Assembly: GCA_011525365.1 (NCBI GenBank) | Contig: WTGQ01000002.1 | Coordinates: forward strand, 2,524,773-2,588,772 | Direction: 5' to 3' | Source: Acidobacteriota bacterium | Lineage (GTDB): Bacteria > Acidobacteriota > Thermoanaerobaculia > Multivoradales > Multivoraceae | Length of the DNA: 64,000 nucleotides | In this document: positions 38,921 to 48,096 of the stretch, in pieces | Layout of the letters: each line of letters opens with the position of its first letter | Position numbering within the stretch: the stretch's first letter is position 1 | Made by a program: the position numbers and the translations under genes | The notes under the pieces: model-generated | Seen by the model: only the letters and a program-made list of their open reading frames with translations | Told to the model about the DNA's origin: nothing | Databases searched by the model: none

Positions 38921-38943
38921 GCCCGGGGCCACCCGGCGGCGCT

Positions 38944-39768
38944 ATGCTCCGCGCCGCATCGACGAACGACGGACGGGACGGAAGAAGGAGAACGACCTTG
39001 GCTTACGACGCATTCGACCTGAGCGGAACCGTGGCCCTCGTCACCGGAGGCAACTCCGGCATCGGCCTTGGCTTTGCCGAGGGACTGGCGCAGGCGGGCG
39101 CCGACGTCTGCATCTGGGGCACGAACGAGGAGAAGAACGCGAACGCGCGGGAGCAACTGGCGCGCCACGGCACGCGGGTGGAGGCCCTGCGCTGCGACGT
39201 CGGCGACGCCGATGCGGTGGCGGCCTCGTTCGCGCGGACCGTCGAGTTGCTCGGCAAGGTCGATTCCTGCTTTGCCAACGCCGGAATCGGCGGCCGGGGC
39301 ACGCCATTCGTCGACATGTCGATGGAGGAGTGGCGGCGCATCTTCCAGGTCAACATGGAGGGCGTCTTCCAGACCTTCCAGCAGGCGATCCGGCACATGG
39401 TCGAACGCGGCGAGGGCGGCTCCCTGATCGCGACCAGCAGCCTCTCGGCGGTCTTCGGCGCGCCGCGCAGCGAGCACTACGCGTCGACCAAGGCGGGGCT
39501 CAACGCGATGGTGCGTGGCCTGGCGGTCGAGCACGCGCGCCACGGCATCCGGGTCAACTCGGTCCTGCCCGGCTGGATCGCCACCGCCATGACCGAGCGG
39601 GCGATCAACTCGGAAGCGTTCCAGACGAAAGTCCTGCGGCGGGTTCCGGTGCGCCGCTGGGGCGTCGGCGAGGACTTCAGCGGCATCGCCGTCTATCTGG
39701 CGAGCAGGGCGTCGAGCTACCACACCGGCGACGAGTTCGTGATCGACGGCGGCTACGCCTGCTTCTAG
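38944..39768 (+). CDS. SDR family oxidoreductase
   Basis: TGGNSGIGLG cofactor motif, NAG, catalytic S...YxxxK (YASTKAG) and the PGWI motif. The start is either the ATG at 38944 or the TTG at about 38999. Confidence 0.85.
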   Translation: MLRAASTNDGRDGRRRTTLAYDAFDLSGTVALVTGGNSGIGLGFAEGLAQAGADVCIWGTNEEKNANAREQLARHGTRVEALRCDVGDADAVAASFARTVELLGKVDSCFANAGIGGRGTPFVDMSMEEWRRIFQVNMEGVFQTFQQAIRHMVERGEGGSLIATSSLSAVFGAPRSEHYASTKAGLNAMVRGLAVEHARHGIRVNSVLPGWIATAMTERAINSEAFQTKVLRRVPVRRWGVGEDFSGIAVYLASRASSYHTGDEFVIDGGYACF

Positions 39769-40226
39769 AGCGGAGCCGCGTCCTCCATCGAGCGGAAGAT
39801 CGGGACGACGACTTCCGGCATCCGGCAGTGGTTGCCGGACGCCTTGTCGACCCAGACGTGGTCGGTCCGGCCTTCGACCAGGACCCGCTCGTCGACCTCC
39901 ACTCGATAGCCGAAGCTCATCGCGCGGCTCTTCAGCCGATCGAGCCAGCAGACGACGCGAACCCTGTCGCCGTAGCGGGCGCCGCCGCGGTACTTCAGTT
40001 GCACTCCGGTGACCATCAGGTAGTAGCCCTCGTCCTCGATCTTCCGGTAGGCCATGCCAGCCGCGCGGCAGTGATGGGTGCGGGCGAGTTCGAGCCACAC
40101 GAGGTAGTTCGAGTGATGGACCACTGCCATCTGGTCCGTTTCCTTGTAACGGACCTCGACCTCGATCTCGCTGGCGGGTACCTCCCCGCCGGCGGCGTTC
40201 ACGGCAGTGCCTGTCATCCCGTTCAT
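39765..40226 (-). CDS. acyl-CoA thioesterase, YbgC/FadM (4HBT hotdog) family
   Basis: C-terminal 153 aa of ORF 39765..40724. It carries the hotdog catalytic-region motif DQMAVVHHSNYLVWLE. The ATG at 40226 overlaps the stop of the upstream GT2 gene (ATGA). Confidence 0.8.
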   Translation of the reverse strand: MNGMTGTAVNAAGGEVPASEIEVEVRYKETDQMAVVHHSNYLVWLELARTHHCRAAGMAYRKIEDEGYYLMVTGVQLKYRGGARYGDRVRVVCWLDRLKSRAMSFGYRVEVDERVLVEGRTDHVWVDKASGNHCRMPEVVVPIFRSMEDAAPL

Positions 40227-40924
40227 GTCGGCCCGCGACTGTAGCGGAGAACGGTGGCGATGATCTTCCAGCCGGCGCGAACAGTGCCCGAGACCGTGCC
40301 CGTGATCTTCGAGACGCCCGTCCGGCGGCGGTAGCTGACCGGCGCCTCGACGACCCGCAGACGCCGCCGCAGCGCCTTGACCTGCATCTCCGCCGTCCAG
40401 CCGAAGTTCGGGTCCCGCATGCCGAGCGACTCGAGCGCCTGCCACGAGACGGCGCGGAATGGCCCCAGGTCGGTATAGCGGTGGCCGTAGAGCAGGCGCA
40501 CGAGCAGGCAGGCGAACCGGTTGCCCCATCGCGCCTGCGGCAGCAGGGCGCCCGGTTCGGCCTCTCCCAGCACCCGGGAGCCGATGACCAGGTCCGCCTC
40601 GCCGCGCGCGATCGGCTCGACCAGCCGCGGCATCTCGTCGGCGTGATCCGAGTAGTCCGCGTCCAGGAAGACGACGATGTCCGGCGGACCGGTGCGCCGC
40701 AGGCGGTCGAGACCGGCCAGACAAGCGCTGCCGTAGCCCTGAACCGGCGCCGGCACGACCTCGGCGCCCGCTTCCCCGGCCCGCGCCGCCGTCGCGTCCC
40801 GCGAGTTGTTGTCGGCGACCACAACCCGGCGCACCAGGCCAGCCGGAATGTCGGCGAGCACCAGGCCGATCGACTCCTCCTCGTTGTAGGCGGGGATGAC
40901 GACGTCGATCGACGGCGCGATCAC
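40223..40924 (-). CDS. family 2 glycosyltransferase (DPM1/GtrB-like, soluble catalytic domain only)
   Basis: IDVVIPAYNEEESIG, DADYSDHADE (DxD) and GSRV motifs. The GTG start overlaps the upstream stop (GTGA). The Arg-rich N-terminal extension in ORF 40223..41491 is rejected. Confidence 0.7.
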   Translation of the reverse strand: MIAPSIDVVIPAYNEEESIGLVLADIPAGLVRRVVVADNNSRDATAARAGEAGAEVVPAPVQGYGSACLAGLDRLRRTGPPDIVVFLDADYSDHADEMPRLVEPIARGEADLVIGSRVLGEAEPGALLPQARWGNRFACLLVRLLYGHRYTDLGPFRAVSWQALESLGMRDPNFGWTAEMQVKALRRRLRVVEAPVSYRRRTGVSKITGTVSGTVRAGWKIIATVLRYSRGPT

Positions 40925-41787
40925 AGGGTGACGCCGAAGCGGTTCCGCAGTGCGAACGCGAACGCGAGGGAGAGGATCAGGAAGGCGATCAGCCAGTGCA
41001 CGTCGAGCAGCCCGAAGAACGAGATCGCGGCGGCGCTGTACCGCACGTCGATCCGCTCGATCGGTCCGCCGCGCGGCAACGAAGGCTCGGCCGGGTAGAG
41101 CAACTGGTCGAGAATCGCCGCCCTGCGCCTCGTCGGCGAGCGACGCACCCACCGCGCGCCGCCCTCCGCATCGGAAACGAAGACGCTCTTCGTGAACGCA
41201 CGACCGTCCGCGCGCACGACGAGTTCGTGCCGGCCCGGCTCGTTCGCCCGCAGCCGCCATACGACTTGCCGCAGGCTCGGCACCCAGACGCCGGCCGTCT
41301 CCACCGCGACGCCGGCCGGCGCCTCCAGCTCGACCAACGGGCGCGGCGCGGCTTGATCCCCGCCCGCGGCGGCCGGCTCCGCGGGCGCCAGGTCGACGAC
41401 AAGCAGCGTGCGCTCGCCCACTTCGAGCCCGTCGTAGCCGTAATGGAACTGCAACTGGGCGATCAGCAGCATGAAGGGCACGATCATCCACAGGAGCGGA
41501 ACCAGGTTCAGCCGCAGGTAGGTCAGGTTCTCGCGCAACAGCCGCAGTTGGGCCCGGAGCACCGCTCGCAGGTCGTCGTTGAACAGGCGCACCTCCAGCA
41601 GGTGGCCGAACAGTCGCCGCTTGACCGCGGCGATCGCCTCCTGGTTCGATGTCCAGCGGTAGACGAGCAGCGCGAGGATTCCCGACGCCAGCGACACGAG
41701 CGTCACCGGCAAGATCGGCGGCAGGGCCGCGAACGGCCCGAGCACAAGATCGAAGACGGCCCGCAGGGCGGCGTTGACGAGGGACAT
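40921..41787 (-). CDS. integral membrane protein of unknown function
   Basis: 288 aa with hydrophobic helices at both ends and a soluble middle. First gene of the membrane-protein / GT2 / thioesterase operon. Confidence 0.5.
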   Translation of the reverse strand: MSLVNAALRAVFDLVLGPFAALPPILPVTLVSLASGILALLVYRWTSNQEAIAAVKRRLFGHLLEVRLFNDDLRAVLRAQLRLLRENLTYLRLNLVPLLWMIVPFMLLIAQLQFHYGYDGLEVGERTLLVVDLAPAEPAAAGGDQAAPRPLVELEAPAGVAVETAGVWVPSLRQVVWRLRANEPGRHELVVRADGRAFTKSVFVSDAEGGARWVRRSPTRRRAAILDQLLYPAEPSLPRGGPIERIDVRYSAAAISFFGLLDVHWLIAFLILSLAFAFALRNRFGVTL

Positions 41788-41806
41788 GGGCGGCAGACGG
41801 ACGCCG

Positions 41807-42034
41807 TCAGGAGATGTAGCCCAGGCCGCGCAGCCGCTTCTCGATCTCCTCCCTCGACTCCGCGCCCTCGAGCTTGGCCAGCTCCTTCTCCAGCGCGTGG
41901 GTGATGAACTCCTCCACCGACGAGTAGCCCGCGATGTCGCTGTAGCGCTTCACCCGCGCAAGAAGGTCCTTGTCGAGCTTGATCTTGCCGCCGCCGAACA
42001 TCTTCCTCTCCTTCAGATCGAGTCTTGCCGCCAC
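41807..42034 (-). CDS. small ribbon-helix-helix-like DNA-binding protein, 75 aa
   Basis: KIKLDKDLLARVKRYSDIAGYSSVEEFITHALEKEL fits a beta-strand followed by two helices (CopG/Arc/ParD type). Confidence 0.4.
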   Translation of the reverse strand: MAARLDLKERKMFGGGKIKLDKDLLARVKRYSDIAGYSSVEEFITHALEKELAKLEGAESREEIEKRLRGLGYIS

Positions 42035-42042
42035 ACCCCGAG

Positions 42043-44049
42043 TCAGGGGGAGCCGGTAGCCGCTGCGCCGGATGCCGCCGTCAGCGGGAACTCCTCCACG
42101 CCGTACTCGGCCAGGATCGAGGCCGCCAGATCGGTAATGGCGGGGGCCGGCCTGGCAAGGGGCCGGCTGGTGAACAGCACCCCCGGCACGACCCGGTGAT
42201 CCATCATGTGATCGCCGCTCCAGGCGCCGTCGTTGTCCGAGAACACCTCGCCGACGACCTTCCCCGTCGCTGATTCGGTCGATCCCCGGTAGCCTTTGGC
42301 ATAGCCGATGATCAGGTCGGGGCCGACGGCCGCCGGCTCCTGGAAGGCATAGTCGGCGCGACGCTTGACCTCCGTGATCGCGCGTTCGCCCGTCGCGGGA
42401 TCGACCACGGCCAGCAGTTCCGTTCTCAGTTCCTCGATCAGCTCGAGCCTCTCCGCCGCGGTCACGACGCCCTCCCGCTCGCGGCCGCGCAGATTGACAT
42501 AAAGACCCGTGAAGCCGATGCCGTAGGCCCGGGTTCCCTCCCAGTCGACGTTGAGCAGGAAGTCCGGGTCGTTGTAGGCATCCGGGTCCTTCGCCCGCAG
42601 GTAGCCCTTCTCGAGCAGCCAGGCGTTCAGGTGGAAGGTACGCCGCCAGGAGGCGAAGCCATGGTCCGACATGGCGACGACAAGCGGCTCGTCCTCACCA
42701 CCGTCGCCCAGTCCCGCCGCCGCTTCGAGACGGTCGAGCGTCTGCCCGACGATCGCGTCGAGGCCTTCGTAAAGGGTCGGGATCAGGTCGGCATGGGCCG
42801 CGTCGGTTTCGGGATCGTAGGCCGGATGCTCCGGATCGCGCGAGCGCCAGCGCACATGGCCGATCAGGTCCACGTTGCCGAAGTAGTAGAAGAGGAAACC
42901 GCCGGGCTCCTCCAGGAATCGATCCAGCACGTAGCCGTACTGCTCCACCACTTCGTCGCCGGCGATCTTCGCCTGGGCCAGGAACTCCTCCGGAGTGAAC
43001 ACGCCTTCGGTCAGGGTCTTCGTGTCCTCGGGCATCCCTTCGGTGTAGAACCGGTCCACCTCCTGGGCGAGTTCGGCCGCGAAGTCGGGCGGCGTCGAGA
43101 TCGGGGCCGATGGGGCCATCGGATCGTGGTCGATGGGGCTCACGTAGAGCTCGAACTCCGGCTCCAGCGCCCGTAGGTACATACGGCAGATTCCCCGCAG
43201 GTGCTGGGTCGGCATCATCTCGAAGTCGACCTCGAGCCAGTCGCTCCACTCCCCGACCTGGAGCACGATCTGCTGATCGCCGAGTTCGATCTTGGCGCTC
43301 GCGGCCTCCGGATCGATGTAGACGGTGAAGGGCGCGGTCAACTGCTCCGGTTCCTGCAGCAGCGGATTCTCGGGGCCGAGCAGCTCCGCCTCGACGACGT
43401 TGTCGTAGATGTCCAGCTCGACGATGTCGCCGCCGCTGACCTCGCGGTCGGCGAAGAGTTCCGAGGTGTAGAACGAGAACGTGCCGTCCGTGCCGAGGAT
43501 GTCGCTCGTCCCCATCCCCGAAAGCTCGCGACTGGCCGTGCCCGAAACCGGGAAGTTCGCCGGCATGCGGATCACCTGCGTCCGCACACCGTGCTCCTCC
43601 AGCACCTCCCAGAACGGCGTGCCGTGCCGAAAGTGCGTGTACTCGCCGCTGGTGAGCGGGAACTGCCAGCGTCCCACCTTCAGGAACCGGCCTCCCGCGG
43701 ACGAACCGGCGGTAGAGGAGTACGGAATCAGCGTCTCCGGATCGGAGTGGAGGAAGTCGAAGATGCCGTGGCCGCCCGGGTCCATTCCGGTGATGAAGCT
43801 CGACCAGGCGACCGGGCTCTGCGGCGGGACCGTCGTCCGGAGTTGGGCGAAGGTGCCCATCGCCTCCAGCCGGGCGAAGTTCGGCAACCGACCCTCGTCG
43901 ATCAACTGGCGCGTCAGCGCGTGGTCCAGGCCGTCGAAGCCGAGAACGACGACCTTCGGCCCCCTGGAAGGGCCGACGCCTCCACCGCCGCAAGCGAGGA
44001 GCAGGGCGGCCGAGAGAACCGCCGCCGTCGCCAGACGTGAACGCTTCAC
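42043..44049 (-). CDS. type I phosphodiesterase / nucleotide pyrophosphatase family lipoprotein (alkaline-phosphatase superfamily)
   Basis: Lipobox LLLACGGG. AlkP-core motifs VVLGFDGLD, SPVAWSSFITG and AMSDHGF. Confidence 0.8.
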   Translation of the reverse strand: MKRSRLATAAVLSAALLLACGGGGVGPSRGPKVVVLGFDGLDHALTRQLIDEGRLPNFARLEAMGTFAQLRTTVPPQSPVAWSSFITGMDPGGHGIFDFLHSDPETLIPYSSTAGSSAGGRFLKVGRWQFPLTSGEYTHFRHGTPFWEVLEEHGVRTQVIRMPANFPVSGTASRELSGMGTSDILGTDGTFSFYTSELFADREVSGGDIVELDIYDNVVEAELLGPENPLLQEPEQLTAPFTVYIDPEAASAKIELGDQQIVLQVGEWSDWLEVDFEMMPTQHLRGICRMYLRALEPEFELYVSPIDHDPMAPSAPISTPPDFAAELAQEVDRFYTEGMPEDTKTLTEGVFTPEEFLAQAKIAGDEVVEQYGYVLDRFLEEPGGFLFYYFGNVDLIGHVRWRSRDPEHPAYDPETDAAHADLIPTLYEGLDAIVGQTLDRLEAAAGLGDGGEDEPLVVAMSDHGFASWRRTFHLNAWLLEKGYLRAKDPDAYNDPDFLLNVDWEGTRAYGIGFTGLYVNLRGREREGVVTAAERLELIEELRTELLAVVDPATGERAITEVKRRADYAFQEPAAVGPDLIIGYAKGYRGSTESATGKVVGEVFSDNDGAWSGDHMMDHRVVPGVLFTSRPLARPAPAITDLAASILAEYGVEEFPLTAASGAAATGSP

Positions 44050-46289
44050 GCTGCCGCTCCGGCCGCACCGCCTGCAAGGCCTGCCGGGTCGAAGACCGAC
44101 TCGCCCTCCATGTAGTCCGGCTTGTCGACTCCGAACAGGGCCAGCGCCGTCGGCGCCATGTCGAGCAGCGACAGGTCGTCCTCCCGGTCCACAGGCCGGC
44201 TGCTGAAGAAGACGCCGGGCACGAGCCGCGGATCGACGCAGTGGTCTCCGCTCCAGGCTTTCGTGTTGTCGGCGAAGAGCGGCCCCGCCACGACACCGAC
44301 GGCGCAGTCCCAGGACACCCGGTAGCCGTCGTTGTAGCCGACGATCAGGTCGGGGGCGTTGCCCTTGTAGGGACCCGTGTACAGGTCCTCGGCGTCGAAG
44401 GCGGCATTGATGCCGACGGCGCGCCGCTCCTCGTCGCGCAGGCCGGTCCAGGCCGCGATGAGTTCACGTTTGAGCGTCCTCGCCTCTTCGCCGGGCTTCA
44501 CGATGCCGGAAGCCTCCCGGCCCTCCAGGTTCAGGAACACGCCGGCGAGCCCGAGCGCATAGGCGCGCGTGCGCGACCAGTCCACGCCCTCCAGCCACTC
44601 CTCGCTTCCGTCCGCGTCCTCGCGAAGGACGAGGTAGCCATGGTCAAGCAGCCAGCGATTCAGGTTCACGCCGCGACGGAAGGAAGCGAAGCCATGGTCC
44701 GAGAGCACGATGAGAAGATCGTCGTCGCCCAGCTTCTCCATCACCCGGCCGACCAGGGCGTCGTTGTGCCGGTAGTGCTCCTCGATCGTCCGGCGCTGCT
44801 TGCCCGTCTTGCGGCCGTTCGCGGCCGGGTGTCCGTCTTCCATGTAACGCCAGAACATGTGCTGGATCCGGTCGGTGGCGTCGAAGACGCAGGTCAGGGA
44901 GCCCTTGCGCAGTCGCTCGAGCGCGGCGAAGAACATCTCCTCGCGCTCGCGGTCGATGTCGTACGACTGCTTGAGGAACGTCACGTCGTCGGTCACCCCC
45001 TCGTTGAGCGCCGTCGTGTCCTCGGCGAGGCCGAGGGTGGCGAAGTCGCCGAGCCGCTTGGACAGGTACGGAGCGTAGTAGGAGGGGTGGGAAATCGGCA
45101 TCGCCGGCTTCTCCGGATCGATGTGGATCGCGGTCAGGTAGAGGGACGTGTGCTTGCCCGCCTCCGTCAGCATCATCCGGGTCAGACCGTGGACCTTGAC
45201 TCCGGGCGCCGCCCGGAACTCCAGGCGGACCCAGTCCGAGAGCTGGCCCCGGCCAAGCTCGACTGTCTCGCCCGCCACTTCGACCGTCGCGGACCCGGCC
45301 TTGCGGTCGATCTGCACCGTCATCGGCAGACGAAGCGGCGGCGGCGGATCGCCCTCCAGGAAGCTGTTCTCCGGTCCCTCGATCACGCAGTCGAAGTGGT
45401 CGGGGCCGGCGCCGTTCGAGGTCAGCGGCACCCGGACACCGCCCTCGCGGATCGCCTCAGTCGCCGGCCGGGTCGTGTAGTAGAGAAAGGTCCCCTGGCT
45501 GCCGACCAGGTCCGGCACGCACATCGCAGCCAACTGGGCGCCGTAGAAACGGTCCGGCGGGAAGGTGATCGGAACCCGGAGCACCGTGCTCCAGATGTTT
45601 CGCTCGCCGAGCACGGTCCAGAACGGCTTCGACCGCCGCAGCATGCGGATCTCCGGCTTCTGTAGCGGGATCTTCCACTTGCCCAGCTTCAGGAACCGTT
45701 CCACCCGGCCGATGTGGGCCGAGGAGAGCTTCGGCAGGTAGCTGCGCAGGTCCCGGTCGAGGAAATCGAAGATGTTGTGCTTGCCCGGATTGGCGCCGGT
45801 CGCGAAGGTCGACCAGGCGACCGGGGACAGCGCCGGGTAGGTGCTGGCGATTCGCCGGTAGCTGCCCTGACTGCTGAGGCGCTTGAAGTTGGGCAGCCTG
45901 CCCTCCTTCATCATCCGCTCGGTCAGTCGAGGGTCCTGGCCGTCGAGTCCAACGAACACGAGTCGCTTGACGTGCGCCTTCGGCGGCTTCTTCCGCCGCA
46001 CCACCCGCCACAGGGTCCGCACCGGCCAGGCAAGCAGCGAGAGGAACGCAAGCGCCACCGTCGCCAGCAGCACCAGGAACGACGACATCAGCGCGAACCC
46101 CGCCCCCGGACCAATGTAGGCGGCCGCCGGCGCGGCGGCGAAGAGCGCCGCCAGAAGCGCCAGCGCGACGGTTGCAGGACGCGGAGCTGGCAACGGTTCC
46201 TCCAATAGTCGCGCGCCTGGGACACGGGGTGCCAGGCAGCGCGGAGCGGTGCGGAGCATACCAAGCCACGGGTAGCATCCCGGGGTCAT
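44046..46289 (-). CDS. type I phosphodiesterase / nucleotide pyrophosphatase family protein, membrane-anchored paralogue of the preceding gene
   Basis: Same motif set (VFVGLDGQD, SPVAWSTFATG, LSDHGF). Its stop overlaps the paralogue's start. The maximal ORF begins at 46289. The true start is probably internal (46259 or 46088), with the YIGPGAGFALMSSFLVLL transmembrane region retained. Confidence 0.7.
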   Translation of the reverse strand: MTPGCYPWLGMLRTAPRCLAPRVPGARLLEEPLPAPRPATVALALLAALFAAAPAAAYIGPGAGFALMSSFLVLLATVALAFLSLLAWPVRTLWRVVRRKKPPKAHVKRLVFVGLDGQDPRLTERMMKEGRLPNFKRLSSQGSYRRIASTYPALSPVAWSTFATGANPGKHNIFDFLDRDLRSYLPKLSSAHIGRVERFLKLGKWKIPLQKPEIRMLRRSKPFWTVLGERNIWSTVLRVPITFPPDRFYGAQLAAMCVPDLVGSQGTFLYYTTRPATEAIREGGVRVPLTSNGAGPDHFDCVIEGPENSFLEGDPPPPLRLPMTVQIDRKAGSATVEVAGETVELGRGQLSDWVRLEFRAAPGVKVHGLTRMMLTEAGKHTSLYLTAIHIDPEKPAMPISHPSYYAPYLSKRLGDFATLGLAEDTTALNEGVTDDVTFLKQSYDIDREREEMFFAALERLRKGSLTCVFDATDRIQHMFWRYMEDGHPAANGRKTGKQRRTIEEHYRHNDALVGRVMEKLGDDDLLIVLSDHGFASFRRGVNLNRWLLDHGYLVLREDADGSEEWLEGVDWSRTRAYALGLAGVFLNLEGREASGIVKPGEEARTLKRELIAAWTGLRDEERRAVGINAAFDAEDLYTGPYKGNAPDLIVGYNDGYRVSWDCAVGVVAGPLFADNTKAWSGDHCVDPRLVPGVFFSSRPVDREDDLSLLDMAPTALALFGVDKPDYMEGESVFDPAGLAGGAAGAAA

Positions 46290-46896
46290 GGAAGGGAAGA
46301 GTCTCTGGCGAAGGATCCGCTACGGTCGGCCCATCGTCGTCGTCTCCGGTCTTCCCCGTTCCGGCACCTCGATGGCGATGCGGATGCTCGAGGCCGGCGG
46401 CATGGAGATCGTGACCGACGGCGAGCGCGAGGCCGACGAAGACAATCCGCGCGGTTACTACGAGGACGAACGGGTCAAGGACCTCGGGAACGCTCCCGAC
46501 AAGTCCTGGCTCCGCGCCTCACGCGGCCGCGCGGTCAAGGTCATCTCCTTCCTGCTCAAGGACCTGCCGCCGAACCTGAACTACCGGGTCATCCTGATGC
46601 GGCGCGACCTCGGAGAAGTGCTGGCCTCGCAGCGCAAAATGCTCGACCGCCGGGGTGAAACGGACGACACACCCGACGAGCGGATGATGGAGTTGTGGCA
46701 GGACCAGCTCTGGCGGGTCAACTACCTGCTGCGGAAGGCGCCGCAGTTCGAGTGGGTCGAGATCGAGTACGGCGAGACGCTGCGGGACCCGGCAGCGGCG
46801 GCCACGCGAATCGCGGGACTCGTGGACGGCCTGGACGAAAGGGCGATGGCCGAAGTGGTCGATCCGGCGCTCTACCGGAACCGCGCCGCGCCCTAG
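46288..46896 (+). CDS. sulfotransferase family protein
   Basis: PAPS 5'-phosphosulfate-binding P-loop GLPRSGTSM and 3'-phosphate-binding RRDLGEVLAS. Length 202 aa. Confidence 0.7.
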   Translation: MEGKSLWRRIRYGRPIVVVSGLPRSGTSMAMRMLEAGGMEIVTDGEREADEDNPRGYYEDERVKDLGNAPDKSWLRASRGRAVKVISFLLKDLPPNLNYRVILMRRDLGEVLASQRKMLDRRGETDDTPDERMMELWQDQLWRVNYLLRKAPQFEWVEIEYGETLRDPAAAATRIAGLVDGLDERAMAEVVDPALYRNRAAP

Positions 46897-46906
46897 CGCG
46901 AGACTG

Positions 46907-48001
46907 CTAGTACACGCCCACCGTCGTCGCCGACGCCAGCCTCGCGAACGGCCTCACGCCGCTGACGCCGTCCCAGGGGTAGTCGACGTAGGGCTGCTCC
47001 CGCTCGCCCTCGTCGCGCTCGAGGAAGCCGGGCACGAAGAACTCGCGGGTCAGCGTCGTGAGCCGGACCCGGCCGGTGGCGCCGTAGTCGACGACCTGGT
47101 CCGGGGCGTCGGGGTCGACGACCTCGAGCACGGCCCGCGGCTGCGGAGCGTAGTAGGCAATCGTGTAGCCGTCGGCCGCCGTAACCGGCCGCGAGGCCGC
47201 CAGGCCCATCAGGGTGTTGCCGTACGTGGGAGTCATGTAGACGCCGTCGAGGAGTTCCTCGACCGCGAAGCGCGTCCACTGCGGCGTGAACTCCGTGCCG
47301 CCGGAGAAGATGCCCTTGATCCCCGTGTCGGCCAGGGTCTGACCGCGGTCCTCGAGCGCCAGGCAAAGGGACTCGAGCAGCTTCGGCGTCGCGAACATGG
47401 CCTGGATGTCGTGACCGGCAGAGAGCACCGCGAGTGCCTGGTCGATCACATGGTCCTTGTACGCCTCCAGGTGCTCCATCCAGCCCTTCTTGATCAGCTT
47501 GATCACCCAGCGCGGATCGAGGTCGACGCAGAAGCAGATCCCGCCCCGATACTGGCAGAGGTGCTCCACCGCCAGACGCAGGCGACGCGGGCCCGAGGGG
47601 CCCAGCATCAGCCAGTTGCTTCCCGGCGGGAAGTGCTCGTCCGGCAGGCTGGCGCTGAACAGCTCGTAGTCGGTCCGGAAGTCGTTGAGCGCCACCCGGC
47701 TCTTCGGGATGCCCGTCGTGCCGCCGGTCTCGAACACGTAGATCGGATCGTCGGCCATCGCCTTCGGCACCCAACGCCGCACCGGTCCGCCGCGCAGCCA
47801 CTCGTCCTCGAAGGGCGGGAACTTGCGCAGGTCCGCGTAGCAGGCGACGTCGCTGCGCGGGTCGAAGTCGAGCTTTGAGGCGAAGTCGAGCCAGAACGGC
47901 GTTCCGGTCTCCGGACTGAAGTGCCACTCCATCATGTCCCGAACGTGGGCATCGAGTCGTTCCCGGGCCTGGGCCTGGGCGTCAGCGCTGGCGACTTCCA
48001 T
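46907..48001 (-). CDS. adenylate-forming enzyme of the PaaK / F390-synthetase / LuxE acyl-protein-synthetase group (N-domain only, LuxE-sized)
   Basis: Phosphate-binding motif FETGGTTGIPK. 364 aa, with no C-terminal ANL subdomain. Its length and architecture match LuxE-type acyl-protein synthetases. Confidence 0.6.
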   Translation of the reverse strand: MEVASADAQAQARERLDAHVRDMMEWHFSPETGTPFWLDFASKLDFDPRSDVACYADLRKFPPFEDEWLRGGPVRRWVPKAMADDPIYVFETGGTTGIPKSRVALNDFRTDYELFSASLPDEHFPPGSNWLMLGPSGPRRLRLAVEHLCQYRGGICFCVDLDPRWVIKLIKKGWMEHLEAYKDHVIDQALAVLSAGHDIQAMFATPKLLESLCLALEDRGQTLADTGIKGIFSGGTEFTPQWTRFAVEELLDGVYMTPTYGNTLMGLAASRPVTAADGYTIAYYAPQPRAVLEVVDPDAPDQVVDYGATGRVRLTTLTREFFVPGFLERDEGEREQPYVDYPWDGVSGVRPFARLASATTVGVY

Positions 48002-48096
48002 CTGCTAACTCCAATCGGGTCGGTCCTGTGATCGCTGGCTTGAAGCGGCGGCAGACTACAGCACCAGCCGCCGCGGCGATTCCCCGGGCGGAACCG

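Noticed and set aside
40227-41491. N-terminal extensions of the thioesterase ORF (to 40724) and the GT2 ORF (to 41491).
   Set aside because: The extensions are Arg-rich junk overlapping the upstream genes in other frames. Homology starts at the 4-nt-overlap start codons (40226 and 40924).
46259-46289. Taking the shared CATG at 46287-46290 as the true start of both divergent genes.
   Set aside because: That would leave no promoter space. The phosphodiesterase paralogue more likely starts at an internal Met (46259 or 46088), so the maximal ORF is reported with that caveat.
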